Origin: Terriglobia bacterium
GTDB lineage: Bacteria; Acidobacteriota; UBA6911
Assembly: GCA_963824985.1 (NCBI GenBank)
Contig: CAWGRQ010000013.1
Coordinates: 10,630-74,629, forward strand
Length of the DNA: 64,000 nucleotides
Reading direction: 5' to 3'
In this document: one piece after another, positions 1-8,503 of the stretch
How positions within the stretch are numbered: position 1 is the first letter of the stretch
How the letters are laid out: every line of letters starts with the position of its first letter
The notes under the pieces: generated by a model
What the model was told of the DNA's origin: nothing
Database searches by the model: none
The model's input: the letters and a program-made list of their open reading frames with translations, nothing else
Made by a program: the position numbers and the translations under genes

Positions 1-32
1 GCTGAGATGAACCGTTAGACAGGAGGTCGGCG

Positions 33-2510
33 ATGTCCGAAGATCGTTTGGAAAAGGCCGTGGAAGCGATGAAGAGCGAGAATGCCAGTCCCGAGCAGCT
101 GGCCGGGGCGCGGGCGAGGGTCTGGGCGAACCTGGGAAATGCCGGCGCAGCGGCTTGCGCCGAGTTCCGGACCGGATTCCCGGAATATCTGGATGGGCGG
201 CTGGCGGGGAACCGGCGGCTGCTGATGGAAGACCACCTCAGCCGTTGCGTTCCCTGCCGCACTCAGCTTGCCGCCCTGAAGGGCGGCGCCACCGTTGTCG
301 CCATGCCGGACCGCCGGGTATCCTCCTGGCCGCAGTGGCGGACTTGGGCGATAGCCGCGGCATTGCTGGTCGCTGCCCTTTACCTCGGGCGCGACCGCCT
401 CGACACGCTGATGGCGCCGCAAGGCCCGCGCGCTACGGTCGCTTCTGTCGAGGGTGGGTTTTACGGAGTCGTCGAAGGGGTCATTCAAAACGGCGCGACC
501 ATCAGGGAGGGGCAGGTAGTGCGTACCGGCCCCGGCGCACGTGCCGTATTGCGCCTTGCCGATGGGTCGGTGATCGATGTCAATGAACGTTCCGAACTTT
601 TTGTGAGGGCCGCCTGGAGCGGTCAGACGGTTTACCTGCAGCGCGGCGACATCATCGTTCGGGCAGCTAAGCAGCGCCGCGGCCACCTGCGCGTCGAGAC
701 GCGCGATTCGGTCGCATCGGTTCGGGGGACCGTGTTTGCGGTTTCGTCCGGGATGGGCGGAACCCTGGTCTCCGTCGTGGAGGGTTCCGTGGCCGTCAGT
801 CAGCCGGGGGGGGATGTCGTATTAAGCCCCGGCGAACAGGCCGCCTCAAATCCGGCGCTGACAAATTCCGTGCAGGATGCTGTGTCGTGGAGTCCGGACG
901 CCGAATCCTACACCGCACTCCTGGGGTCGCTGGCCAAGATTGACAAGCAGATGGCCGCCTTGCCGATTCCGGCCCTGCGCACCCAAAGTCGCCTGCTCTC
1001 CATGCTTCCCGTGAATGCCCTGGTGTACGGCGCGGTTCCCAACCTCGACGGGATCATCGGCGAGACCGTGGGGCTGGTGGAACAGCAGTCGGCTGAAAAT
1101 CCCGTCTTCCGCTCCTGGTGGAGTTCCAGTGCCGGACAGGAGCTGAGGCTGGTGCTCGACCGGATCCAGACGGTGACCCCGCTGCTGGGTGACGAGATCA
1201 TCTTTACGATCTCGGCGGGTGCTCCGGGAACGAGTGAGGAGTTCCCCATGGTGCTCGCGGAAATACAGCCGGGCAAGAGCGCCGAGCTGGCAAAGGCTCT
1301 GGACGCGTTGGCCGCACAAACGGGGAACGCCTCTCTCCCCTATTCACTCACCGATACCCTGATGGTCATCTCCAACTCATCGGCGAACCTGCGGCGGGCC
1401 ATCGGGTACATGGGCCAGGGAGCCGCAAGCCCATTTGCCGCGGCCATCGCCTCCCGCTACCAGCGGGGGGTCGGCTGGCTGCTCGGCATGGACCTGGAAC
1501 AGCGGTTTGCCCAGGCTAGCGGCGCCGCCGGGTTCCAGTTGACGGGTGCGCAGCAGATGAAGCATCTCTTTCTCGAGCAGCGCACGCTCCAGGGCATCGA
1601 GCAGAATGAGGTCACGCTCACCTTTCAGGGGCCGCGCACGGGTATAGCCTCGTGGCTCGCGAACTCCGGTTCAGGCGGCGCCGCCGAGTACATTTCCAGC
1701 GACGCCGTGATCGCGGGTTATGTGGCTACGCGCGAGCCGCGTCAGTTGTTCGAGGAACTCGCGGCGCAGCTGGCGAAAGTGGCGCCCTCCGCTACCGGAG
1801 AACTCGGCGCGGCGGAGACCAGGCTTGGGACCGGATTTATTCAAAACCTGGTCGCCTCGTTCGGCACCGAGTCGGCATTTGCGCTGGAAGGCATCTCGGT
1901 GACCGGCCCGGTCTGGGTGCTGACCTGCCTCGTGAACGACGCTCCAACTCTCGAAGGCTCGATCCGCAAGCTGGTGGACCTGGGCAATGCTGAATTGGCC
2001 AAGGTAGATCCCTCCCGACAGATTACGCTCACGCAGGAGACGGTCGACGGGCGCACCTGGACCACAATGAAATCGGGGACGTTTCCGCTTTCGGTTACCT
2101 GGACGTTCGACCGTGGCTACCTGGTGGCTGCGTCCGACCGGGGTACGGCTGCGCGCGCCATCGCCACGCGTAACGGCGGTTCCCCACTCGTCTGGTCCTC
2201 AGCTTTTCAGCAGCAGCTGCCGGCTGCCGCCGGGCTGCATCCCGCGGCGTTCGTCTGGCTGAACACCAAGGGGGCTTTCGAAGGATTGGCGGCGTTGCTG
2301 CCGAACCCCGCTCTAAAGCAACTGATCGGGGAGCGCGACCCGGTTCTGGTGGCTTTGGATGGAACTGTTGAACAAATTCATGCCGCCAGTCGTATTCGAT
2401 TATCGGGATTGCTTGTGGACGTGATGTTGCTGGAAAGCCTGAGCCGGGTGCGCTCAGGCCCTATAAACCCACTCTTCTCTCAGGGAAGCGTGCAGCCTGG
2501 AATACGCTGA
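33..2510 (+). CDS. anti-sigma factor (zf-HC2 N-terminus, one TM helix, FecR-like segment, large extracytoplasmic C-terminal region)
   Basis: 825-aa ORF. AGGAGG at 21-26 lies 6 nt before the ATG. H-x3-C-x2-C motif HLSRCVPCRTQL, hydrophobic helix WAIAAALLVAALYLG, FecR-like VRTGPGARAVLRLADGSVIDVNERSELFV. Confidence 0.8.
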   Translation: MSEDRLEKAVEAMKSENASPEQLAGARARVWANLGNAGAAACAEFRTGFPEYLDGRLAGNRRLLMEDHLSRCVPCRTQLAALKGGATVVAMPDRRVSSWPQWRTWAIAAALLVAALYLGRDRLDTLMAPQGPRATVASVEGGFYGVVEGVIQNGATIREGQVVRTGPGARAVLRLADGSVIDVNERSELFVRAAWSGQTVYLQRGDIIVRAAKQRRGHLRVETRDSVASVRGTVFAVSSGMGGTLVSVVEGSVAVSQPGGDVVLSPGEQAASNPALTNSVQDAVSWSPDAESYTALLGSLAKIDKQMAALPIPALRTQSRLLSMLPVNALVYGAVPNLDGIIGETVGLVEQQSAENPVFRSWWSSSAGQELRLVLDRIQTVTPLLGDEIIFTISAGAPGTSEEFPMVLAEIQPGKSAELAKALDALAAQTGNASLPYSLTDTLMVISNSSANLRRAIGYMGQGAASPFAAAIASRYQRGVGWLLGMDLEQRFAQASGAAGFQLTGAQQMKHLFLEQRTLQGIEQNEVTLTFQGPRTGIASWLANSGSGGAAEYISSDAVIAGYVATREPRQLFEELAAQLAKVAPSATGELGAAETRLGTGFIQNLVASFGTESAFALEGISVTGPVWVLTCLVNDAPTLEGSIRKLVDLGNAELAKVDPSRQITLTQETVDGRTWTTMKSGTFPLSVTWTFDRGYLVAASDRGTAARAIATRNGGSPLVWSSAFQQQLPAAAGLHPAAFVWLNTKGAFEGLAALLPNPALKQLIGERDPVLVALDGTVEQIHAASRIRLSGLLVDVMLLESLSRVRSGPINPLFSQGSVQPGIR

Positions 2511-3485
2511 ATGCCATCGCCGGTTGTTGAACTGGAAAACCTGAAGGTCAACCTGGGACGGCGGGAAATCCTTCGCGGGATTTCCTGCCGTCTCGGCGTT
2601 TCGGGGGTTGGGAGGGCCGTCGGGCTCCTGGGCCCCAATGGCGCCGGCAAGTCGACGCTGATTCTGACTCTGCTTGGTTTTCACCGGCAAGCCGGTGGCC
2701 ATGCACGGGTTTTGGGTTTCGACTGCCACCGCCAGACGCGCGACGTGCGGTCCCATGTCGGATTTATGCCCGAGACGGACTCTTTTATCGCCAACATGTC
2801 GGCGGTCACCATGTTGCGCCTGATGGCGGAACTTTCGGGGCTTCCGGGCAAGGCGGCGCTGGAAAAGGCCCACGAGGTCCTGTTTCATGTCGGCCTCGGG
2901 GAAGCGCGGTATCGGGAGCTGAGAACTTATTCCCTGGGAATGAAGCAGATGGCGAAGCTTGCGCAGGCTATCGTCCACGGCCCTGAGCTGGTGATTCTCG
3001 ACGAGCCCACCAACGGGCTTGATCCGGCCGCCAGGAGGCGGATGTTGAAGCTGGTTCAGGAAATGAAAGAGGAGCAGGGAATGAACGTGCTCCTGTGCTC
3101 ACACCTGCTGCGCGATGTCGAACAGGTGTGCGATGAAGTGGTCATCATGAAGGACGGCATGATCGTTCACGAATGCAACCTGGAGGAGGAGCGGCGTTCG
3201 AACAAAAGTTTCGTCGAGCTGGAGGTTTCCGGGAATGATGGAAATCTGCGCGAGGCCTTGCCACACATCGGCGCGGAAGGGATAAGCGAAGGGAGCGGAC
3301 GCTGGCGCATCGTGCTCCCCCCGGGTGTGGATGTCCAGGCGATCTGGGTTCTGATGGCGCAACAGGATCTGCGGGTGCGGAAACTCACCCACCGGCGCGA
3401 CACGCTCGAAGAGATTTTTTTAAAGGCCATGGGCCACATTGCTCATACACCTGGAGAAGGGGCGGGGGCTGGAGTCGGGGGATAG
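2511..3485 (+). CDS. ABC transporter ATP-binding protein
   Basis: 324-aa ORF whose ATG directly abuts the anti-sigma TGA. Walker A GPNGAGKST, signature YSLGMKQMAKLAQAI, Walker B LVILDEPTNGLD. Confidence 0.9.
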   Translation: MPSPVVELENLKVNLGRREILRGISCRLGVSGVGRAVGLLGPNGAGKSTLILTLLGFHRQAGGHARVLGFDCHRQTRDVRSHVGFMPETDSFIANMSAVTMLRLMAELSGLPGKAALEKAHEVLFHVGLGEARYRELRTYSLGMKQMAKLAQAIVHGPELVILDEPTNGLDPAARRRMLKLVQEMKEEQGMNVLLCSHLLRDVEQVCDEVVIMKDGMIVHECNLEEERRSNKSFVELEVSGNDGNLREALPHIGAEGISEGSGRWRIVLPPGVDVQAIWVLMAQQDLRVRKLTHRRDTLEEIFLKAMGHIAHTPGEGAGAGVGG

Positions 3486-3615
3486 GTGATCGGGGGCATG
3501 TCGGGTCAGGGGAGGTGTGCAGGCGCCCTGCCCGGTCGGCGGTTCGTAACCCGCCGCTCAACACCCAAACAACCCCGGGATTGAGCCTCCGGCTCGGTCC
3601 ACATCGGGAGAAAAC

Positions 3616-4476
3616 ATGGCGGTTTACAGGCGCGGATATCACCGGTATCAGGGGCCGATCACGGGACCTGGAACGAGGTTCATGGTGTTGCCCCGCTTTG
3701 CCTGGCGCCGGCTGTTCCAGCAGCGCCTGGTCACCTCGCTCATGGTGGTTTCCATCGCCTGGCCCCTGCTGTGCGCGATCTTCATTTACCTCAGCAACCA
3801 TGCTGAGCTGCTAATGGGGCTGAGTCGCGAGTTCCGGAGTTTTCTCGAGGTGAACGGCAGGTTCTTCCTGGTTTTCATGAATGTTCAGGCGGTGTTCGCA
3901 GTTTTTCTTGCCGCGCTCATCGGCCCCGGACTGATTGCTCCCGACCTGTCCAACAACGCCCTGCCGCTTTATTTCAGCCGTCCGCTTACCCGGACCGGTT
4001 ACGCGGTGGCGCGCCTGATAGTCCTGTTCGGGATGATCTCCTTGATTACCTGGGTTCCGGGATTGATCCTTTTCGGCATGCAGGTCGGCATGGCGGGTGG
4101 CGGGTGGTTTTGGGCGAACTGGACGATCAGCCTGGGCATCTTCCTCGGTTTTACCATTTGGGCGCTGCTGGTTAGCATGGTGGCGCTGGCGAGCTCCGCG
4201 TACGTCAAGTGGAGGATCGTGGCCGGCGGACTGGTGCTGGCTTTCTTTTTCATCCTGAGCGGCGTGTCGGTGATGATCAACGGGGTCTTCCGCGTGACCT
4301 GGGGGCATGCGTTGAACCCGGGATGGGCTGCGTATCGGGTATGGTGCGCGTTGCTCGGCATTGATCCGCCCGCGGGTCCCGGGGTGATGGCATGCGCTCT
4401 GGTGCTGGCGGCACTCCTGCTGCTGCTGGCGCTGGTGCTGGAGCGAAAATTGCGCCCGGTGGAGGTGGTTTCATGA
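3616..4476 (+). CDS. polytopic membrane protein, probable ABC-2-type permease partner
   Basis: 286-aa ORF with about 6 hydrophobic segments. Its stop overlaps the start of the next ATPase gene (ATGA at 4473-4476). Confidence 0.6.
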   Translation: MAVYRRGYHRYQGPITGPGTRFMVLPRFAWRRLFQQRLVTSLMVVSIAWPLLCAIFIYLSNHAELLMGLSREFRSFLEVNGRFFLVFMNVQAVFAVFLAALIGPGLIAPDLSNNALPLYFSRPLTRTGYAVARLIVLFGMISLITWVPGLILFGMQVGMAGGGWFWANWTISLGIFLGFTIWALLVSMVALASSAYVKWRIVAGGLVLAFFFILSGVSVMINGVFRVTWGHALNPGWAAYRVWCALLGIDPPAGPGVMACALVLAALLLLLALVLERKLRPVEVVS

Positions 4477-5402
4477 ATGCGCCGGCGGTGATCTTCAGCG
4501 AGGTGTCGAAGTTTTACGGTGAAGTGCTCGGCGTGAACCGGGTCACTCTGCACATCCCTCCGGGAATCACCAGCCTGGTCGGGCCGAACGGTTCCGGCAA
4601 GACCACGCTCATGAACTTGATGACCGGGCTCATTCACCCCGATCACGGATCGATTCTCATGCGTGGGCTTTCCCCTCGGGATCCGGCCAATCTGATGCGG
4701 ATTACGGGCTACGCGACGCAGTATGACGCCGCGCCGCGCTGGGCGACCGGCTTCAGCTTCATTACCACGGGGCTGCTGCTGTTCGGATACAGTCGGGCTC
4801 AGGCGGAAGAGAAAGCCTGGAAGGCGCTCGAGCGCCTGAGCCTCACCGAGGCGGCCCATCGCAAAGTGGCGGCCTACTCGAAGGGAATGCGCCAGCGCGT
4901 CCGCCTGGCGCAGGCGATTGCCCACGAGCCCGATCTGCTGGTGCTGGACGAACCGCTCAATGGGCTGGATCCCCTGGTCCGCGCCGAGACGATCGCATTG
5001 TTCCGCTCCTGGGCGGCCCAGGGCCGGCACGTGATCCTGTCCAGCCACGTGCTTCAGGAAGTGGATGTTATCAGCGATCAGGTCATTCTCATTGCCAACG
5101 GCATGATTGTGGCGGAAGGTGAAATCCGCAACGTGCGCGAAGAGATCCACGACCACCCCAGTCAGTTCATCATCCGCTGCGGGGATGCTTCGCGCCTGGC
5201 GGCCGAGCTGTTTCAGGAGGACCACATCACCGAAGTCAAGTTGAATGACGATCGCCTGGGATTGCTCGTGATGACTCGGGACCGCGAGCGGTTTTCGCGC
5301 ATGCTCGGCCGCATCGCACTTGATGGCCACCGCATTGACGGCGTCATCCCGGCCGATGAAAACGTGGATGCCCTGTACGAATATCTGATCGGCGGCAGAT
5401 GA
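4473..5402 (+). CDS. ABC transporter ATP-binding protein (second ATPase of the cluster)
   Basis: Walker A GPNGSGKTT, signature YSKGMRQRVRLAQAI, Walker B LLVLDEPLNGLD. Start moved to the ATG at 4473 (MNAPAVIFSEVSKFYG), which overlaps the upstream stop. The ORF-track start at 4392 is an in-frame extension into the permease gene. Confidence 0.85.
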   Translation: MNAPAVIFSEVSKFYGEVLGVNRVTLHIPPGITSLVGPNGSGKTTLMNLMTGLIHPDHGSILMRGLSPRDPANLMRITGYATQYDAAPRWATGFSFITTGLLLFGYSRAQAEEKAWKALERLSLTEAAHRKVAAYSKGMRQRVRLAQAIAHEPDLLVLDEPLNGLDPLVRAETIALFRSWAAQGRHVILSSHVLQEVDVISDQVILIANGMIVAEGEIRNVREEIHDHPSQFIIRCGDASRLAAELFQEDHITEVKLNDDRLGLLVMTRDRERFSRMLGRIALDGHRIDGVIPADENVDALYEYLIGGR

Positions 5403-5421
5403 TCGCGGTCGAGGGGGAACA

Positions 5422-7026
5422 GTGATGATCTGGGGCAAAAAGAGAAGACAGGTGAATGATCCGGTATCCGGCCCGCCGCCTCAGTCTCCCGGCCTTATGG
5501 TCCCATCTCCCGCGACCCAGGCATGGACGATCGCAAAGATCGAACTGCGGCGCGCCTTCTTTTCCAAACGCGCCTTCTGGGTTTATGGGCTGGCCCTGTT
5601 TCCGGCGGTGATCTTCTTCGGGCACGGCATCGAGATCAAAATCCGGCGCGATCGCCTGGCGGCAGGAGGCATTACCCCGGCGGCTCTGATCGACAGTGCC
5701 CGGGAGGGGGAATCGATCGATGAGGTGCTGAAGCGCCTCGGCCGACCCTCTCGCGACAACCGGTGGGAAACGCGCAGGCGGATCCGTGCCCAGGGGGAAG
5801 TGACCGGCGTAACCAATAATGTCATCGACCCTCCGGCCGAGGCCAGGTTTGTCCGGCTGAACATCACCCGCCCGAGCTATAGCGGCGAGCCGACCGCAAG
5901 GATATACGAGTTTGAAATTTACGGTCCCGGCCATCCCGGCAACCTGGCCCTGCGCCGTCCGGCAACCGGCAGCGTCCCCTGCTCGGACGCCCAGGGACCC
6001 GAAAAAGCGTTCAACGGCAGTGTCGCCGGGGGTACGGACGACTGCTGGTGCACGCACGAATGGGACCGATTCCTTCAGGTGGACCTCGGATCCGTGATGA
6101 AGGTGCAGCGCTTCATCGTCAAGCATGCCAGCGCCGGCGGCGAGAGCAGTGAATCCGACACGCGCGAGTTTAACATTCAGGTCAGCCCCGATGGCAGGCA
6201 ATTCTCGACGGTCGCGAACGTAACCGGCGCCCGGTTCGTGGACGAACGTGTGGCCTGGCGCGAGCTGGTTTATTTCGACGGGCGCGCTGAGAAGCGGCTC
6301 CAGTTTTCGGATGGTAAACTCAAATCCAAGCAGGTGCGTGAGTTGTTGAATTTCGAAGAGGACCGCCAGATCTTTGCCGGAGTTTTTCAGTATTTCTATC
6401 TGCGCCTTGCGATTTTCTTCGGCTGCCTCGGCATTTTCATGAACCTGTTCCGCGGTGAGATGCTGGATAAGACGCTGCATTTCTGGTTTTTGGCCCCCTC
6501 GCGGCGCGAGGTGCTTTTGGCCGGCAAATATGGCGCCGGCCTGATCTCGTCCACCATCATCTTCGCCGGCGGGGCGCTCCTCTGCTTTGCCATGATGCTG
6601 TGGCCGCACGACCCGGTCCAGGTGCAGGCTTATTGGCAGAGTTCGGGCATGGGGCACGCCTTCTGGTACACGGTGGCAGCCGTGCTGGGCTGCGTCGGCT
6701 ATGGGAGCGTCTTCCTGGCTGCCGGTCTTTTGCTGCGCAATCCGATCATCCCGGCGGCGGTCCTGCTTGGATGGGAAAGCATCAACGGATTTCTGCCGGA
6801 GATTCTGCAGAAACTGAGTGTGCTCTACTACCTCCAATCGCTGTGCCCGGTTCCGGCCCCCACCGACAAAGGCGCCCCGGCTCTGATTCAATTGCTGCTG
6901 TCCCCTGCCGCCCCGGCCTCGCGCCTCGGCGCCATCGTGGGCCTGCTGGTGGTGACCGCGCTGGTGCTCTGGGTGGCATGTCTTGCCATCCGCCGCATGC
7001 AGATCTCATACGGCACCGAAGCCTGA
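5422..7026 (+). CDS. ABC-2-like membrane protein with a ~250-aa extracytoplasmic insert carrying F5/8 type C (discoidin/CBM32-like) signatures
   Basis: 534-aa ORF. N-terminal TM helix FWVYGLALFPAVIFFGHGI, then ARFVRLNITRPSYSGEPTARIYEFEIYG and NLALRRPATGS...AFNGSVAGG..W..LQVDLGSVMKVQRFIVKH...FNIQVSPDGRQFSTV, then multiple C-terminal TM helices. Confidence 0.7.
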   Translation: MMIWGKKRRQVNDPVSGPPPQSPGLMVPSPATQAWTIAKIELRRAFFSKRAFWVYGLALFPAVIFFGHGIEIKIRRDRLAAGGITPAALIDSAREGESIDEVLKRLGRPSRDNRWETRRRIRAQGEVTGVTNNVIDPPAEARFVRLNITRPSYSGEPTARIYEFEIYGPGHPGNLALRRPATGSVPCSDAQGPEKAFNGSVAGGTDDCWCTHEWDRFLQVDLGSVMKVQRFIVKHASAGGESSESDTREFNIQVSPDGRQFSTVANVTGARFVDERVAWRELVYFDGRAEKRLQFSDGKLKSKQVRELLNFEEDRQIFAGVFQYFYLRLAIFFGCLGIFMNLFRGEMLDKTLHFWFLAPSRREVLLAGKYGAGLISSTIIFAGGALLCFAMMLWPHDPVQVQAYWQSSGMGHAFWYTVAAVLGCVGYGSVFLAAGLLLRNPIIPAAVLLGWESINGFLPEILQKLSVLYYLQSLCPVPAPTDKGAPALIQLLLSPAAPASRLGAIVGLLVVTALVLWVACLAIRRMQISYGTEA

Positions 7027-7063
7027 CTTTCTCCCAAGAAAATTCCGGAAAATTCGGTAGATA

Positions 7064-7444
7064 ATGCAGAAGGCGTTTGATGCTGCTCTGCAGATTGCGG
7101 TACGGTTCGAGGTCGATCTCCACATGGTCAGCGTTGAGGAATACCTGCCGCGGTTTGCCCAGACCGTCGAAGAGGTCAGGGGAGAAAAGGAAATAGCGGA
7201 CGACTACTTCGAGCCCCTCGCCGAACAGTGCCGGCGTCGCGCTGCCCTCAAGGGCAAGACGCTCCATACCGACATCATCGTCGGCCACGGGGTGAAAGCC
7301 ATCGTCGAATTCGTCCGTCAAGGCGGTTACAACCTTCTCGTGGTCGGCTTCACGGGACACTCAAGGATCTATGACCACATCTGGGGAGGGACTTCCCAAA
7401 ACATCACCCGTTTCGCACCCTGCGCCGTGCTGGTCGTCAAATAG
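7064..7444 (+). CDS. universal stress protein (UspA family), apparently lacking the first beta-strand
   Basis: 126-aa ORF ending LLVVGFTGHSRIYDHIWGGTSQNITRFAPCAVLVVK (USP C-terminal ATP-binding motif). An in-frame TAG sits 2 codons upstream of the ATG, so the usual N-terminal ILVavDgS segment is absent. Confidence 0.65.
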   Translation: MQKAFDAALQIAVRFEVDLHMVSVEEYLPRFAQTVEEVRGEKEIADDYFEPLAEQCRRRAALKGKTLHTDIIVGHGVKAIVEFVRQGGYNLLVVGFTGHSRIYDHIWGGTSQNITRFAPCAVLVVK

Positions 7445-7506
7445 AATCCTCGGCCGGACGTACAGGGGAGAGGAGAAGTGGCGGCAGCGTCAAACGTCAG
7501 CCGGCG

Positions 7507-7794
7507 TAATTGTTTAGCCAAATCAAATGGATGAAGAAGCAAAACGCAAAGACGCAAAGACGCAAGGGCGCAAAGATCGACTGAGCAACGGGCGTGGGCG
7601 CAGCGCTTCGCGCTGGCGCATCCTTGGGCGAGCCGCGGGAGAAAGCGCGGGCAGCGGCTACTCAGGAGGATTGCGCTTTCTCCCGCGGCTCGCCCAAGGA
7701 TGCGGCCGAAGGCCGCCCATGCCCGCGAACCGAAAGGAATCTCTTTGCGTCCTTGCGTCTTAGCGTTCTGCTGTTCAGCATCGGCTAAACAGAT
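7507..7794. repeat. MITE-like nested palindromic element (family B, CGCAAAG-repeat arms)
   Basis: Terminal inverted TGTTTAGCC (7511-7519) and GGCTAAACA (7783-7791). Arms are tandem ACGCAAAG-like units (7541-7577) against CTTTGCGT-like units (7738-7770). Perfect 31-bp inner inverted repeat at 7618-7648 / 7673-7703. Flanked by an 11-bp direct repeat GTCAGCCGGCG (7496-7506 and 7795-7805). Confidence 0.8.
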
Positions 7795-7795
7795 G

Positions 7796-8503
7796 TCAGC
7801 CGGCGCGTCCCGCATTCCTCAGCACCGACGCCATCTTGTCAGCGATTTCTTTCGGCAGGCCGCTTGCATGCAGGCGCGCGACGGCACTCTCGACATCGTA
7901 CCGAGTGCGTTTCAATGTGACCTCGCCGTTCTGCCAGATCGCCAGGCAGGCGCGCGGATCGCCATCCACCGGCATACCCAGGCTGCCGGGATTTACCACC
8001 ATGAGCCGGCCGACTCGCCGGACGAACGGCTTGTGCCTGTGACCCAGGAAAAGCCACTCCTCTTTTTCGGCTAACGCACCTACTGCTTCAAGCTATTCCG
8101 ACTCCGGGGCGTCGCCGCACAGGTACTCATAGGTTGGATCGCGCGGCGTCGCATGCACGAGATGGAATCGCGTTCCCGATTCTTCAATTGTGAGCGCGCT
8201 AGGCAGTGATCCGAGGTAGGTCATGGCTTCGGCGCTCAATCGCGGCCGGAAATGCTCTCGGGTGGCAACAGAAAGCGCGTAGGAAATCGGTGAGCTGCGG
8301 CAATTCGCCCCCGTTGCCATAGCCAGATCATGATTGCCGCTGACGGCAATTGCACCCAGTCCTTGCACCTGACGGACAACCTCTTCAGGCGCCGCGCCGT
8401 AATCGACCAGGTCCCCCAGGACGAGCAACCCGTCATAGGGCTCATCGATTGATTCAAAGGCGTCGGTATTGGCGTGAATATCGGTGAGGATCAAGTAACG
8501 CAT
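7796..8503 (-). pseudogene. calcineurin-like metallophosphoesterase (YfcE/MJ0936-like) interrupted by an in-frame TAG
   Basis: The ORFs 8093-8503 (MRYLILTDIHAN...LGDLVDYG...SGNHD) and 7796-8002 (MVVNPGSLGMPVDGDPRA...) are in the same frame. The 30 codons between them read LEAVGALAEKEEWLFLGHRHKPFVRRVGRL (GHxH motif). The only break is a TAG at 8093-8095. Confidence 0.8.

Noticed and set aside
3999-6891. 479-aa and 515-aa minus-strand ORFs opposite the ABC genes
   Set aside because: Shadow ORFs. The plus-strand frames contain Walker and signature motifs and TM helices.
7369-7815. ORFs translating the 7.5-kb repeat (for example 148 aa minus strand, 78 aa plus strand), and a possible CRISPR array
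   Set aside because: The peptides are just translated tandem/inverted repeats (…KRKDAKTQGRK…). The repeats are ~8 nt with no spacers of CRISPR size and are arranged as a palindrome, so this is neither CRISPR nor coding.
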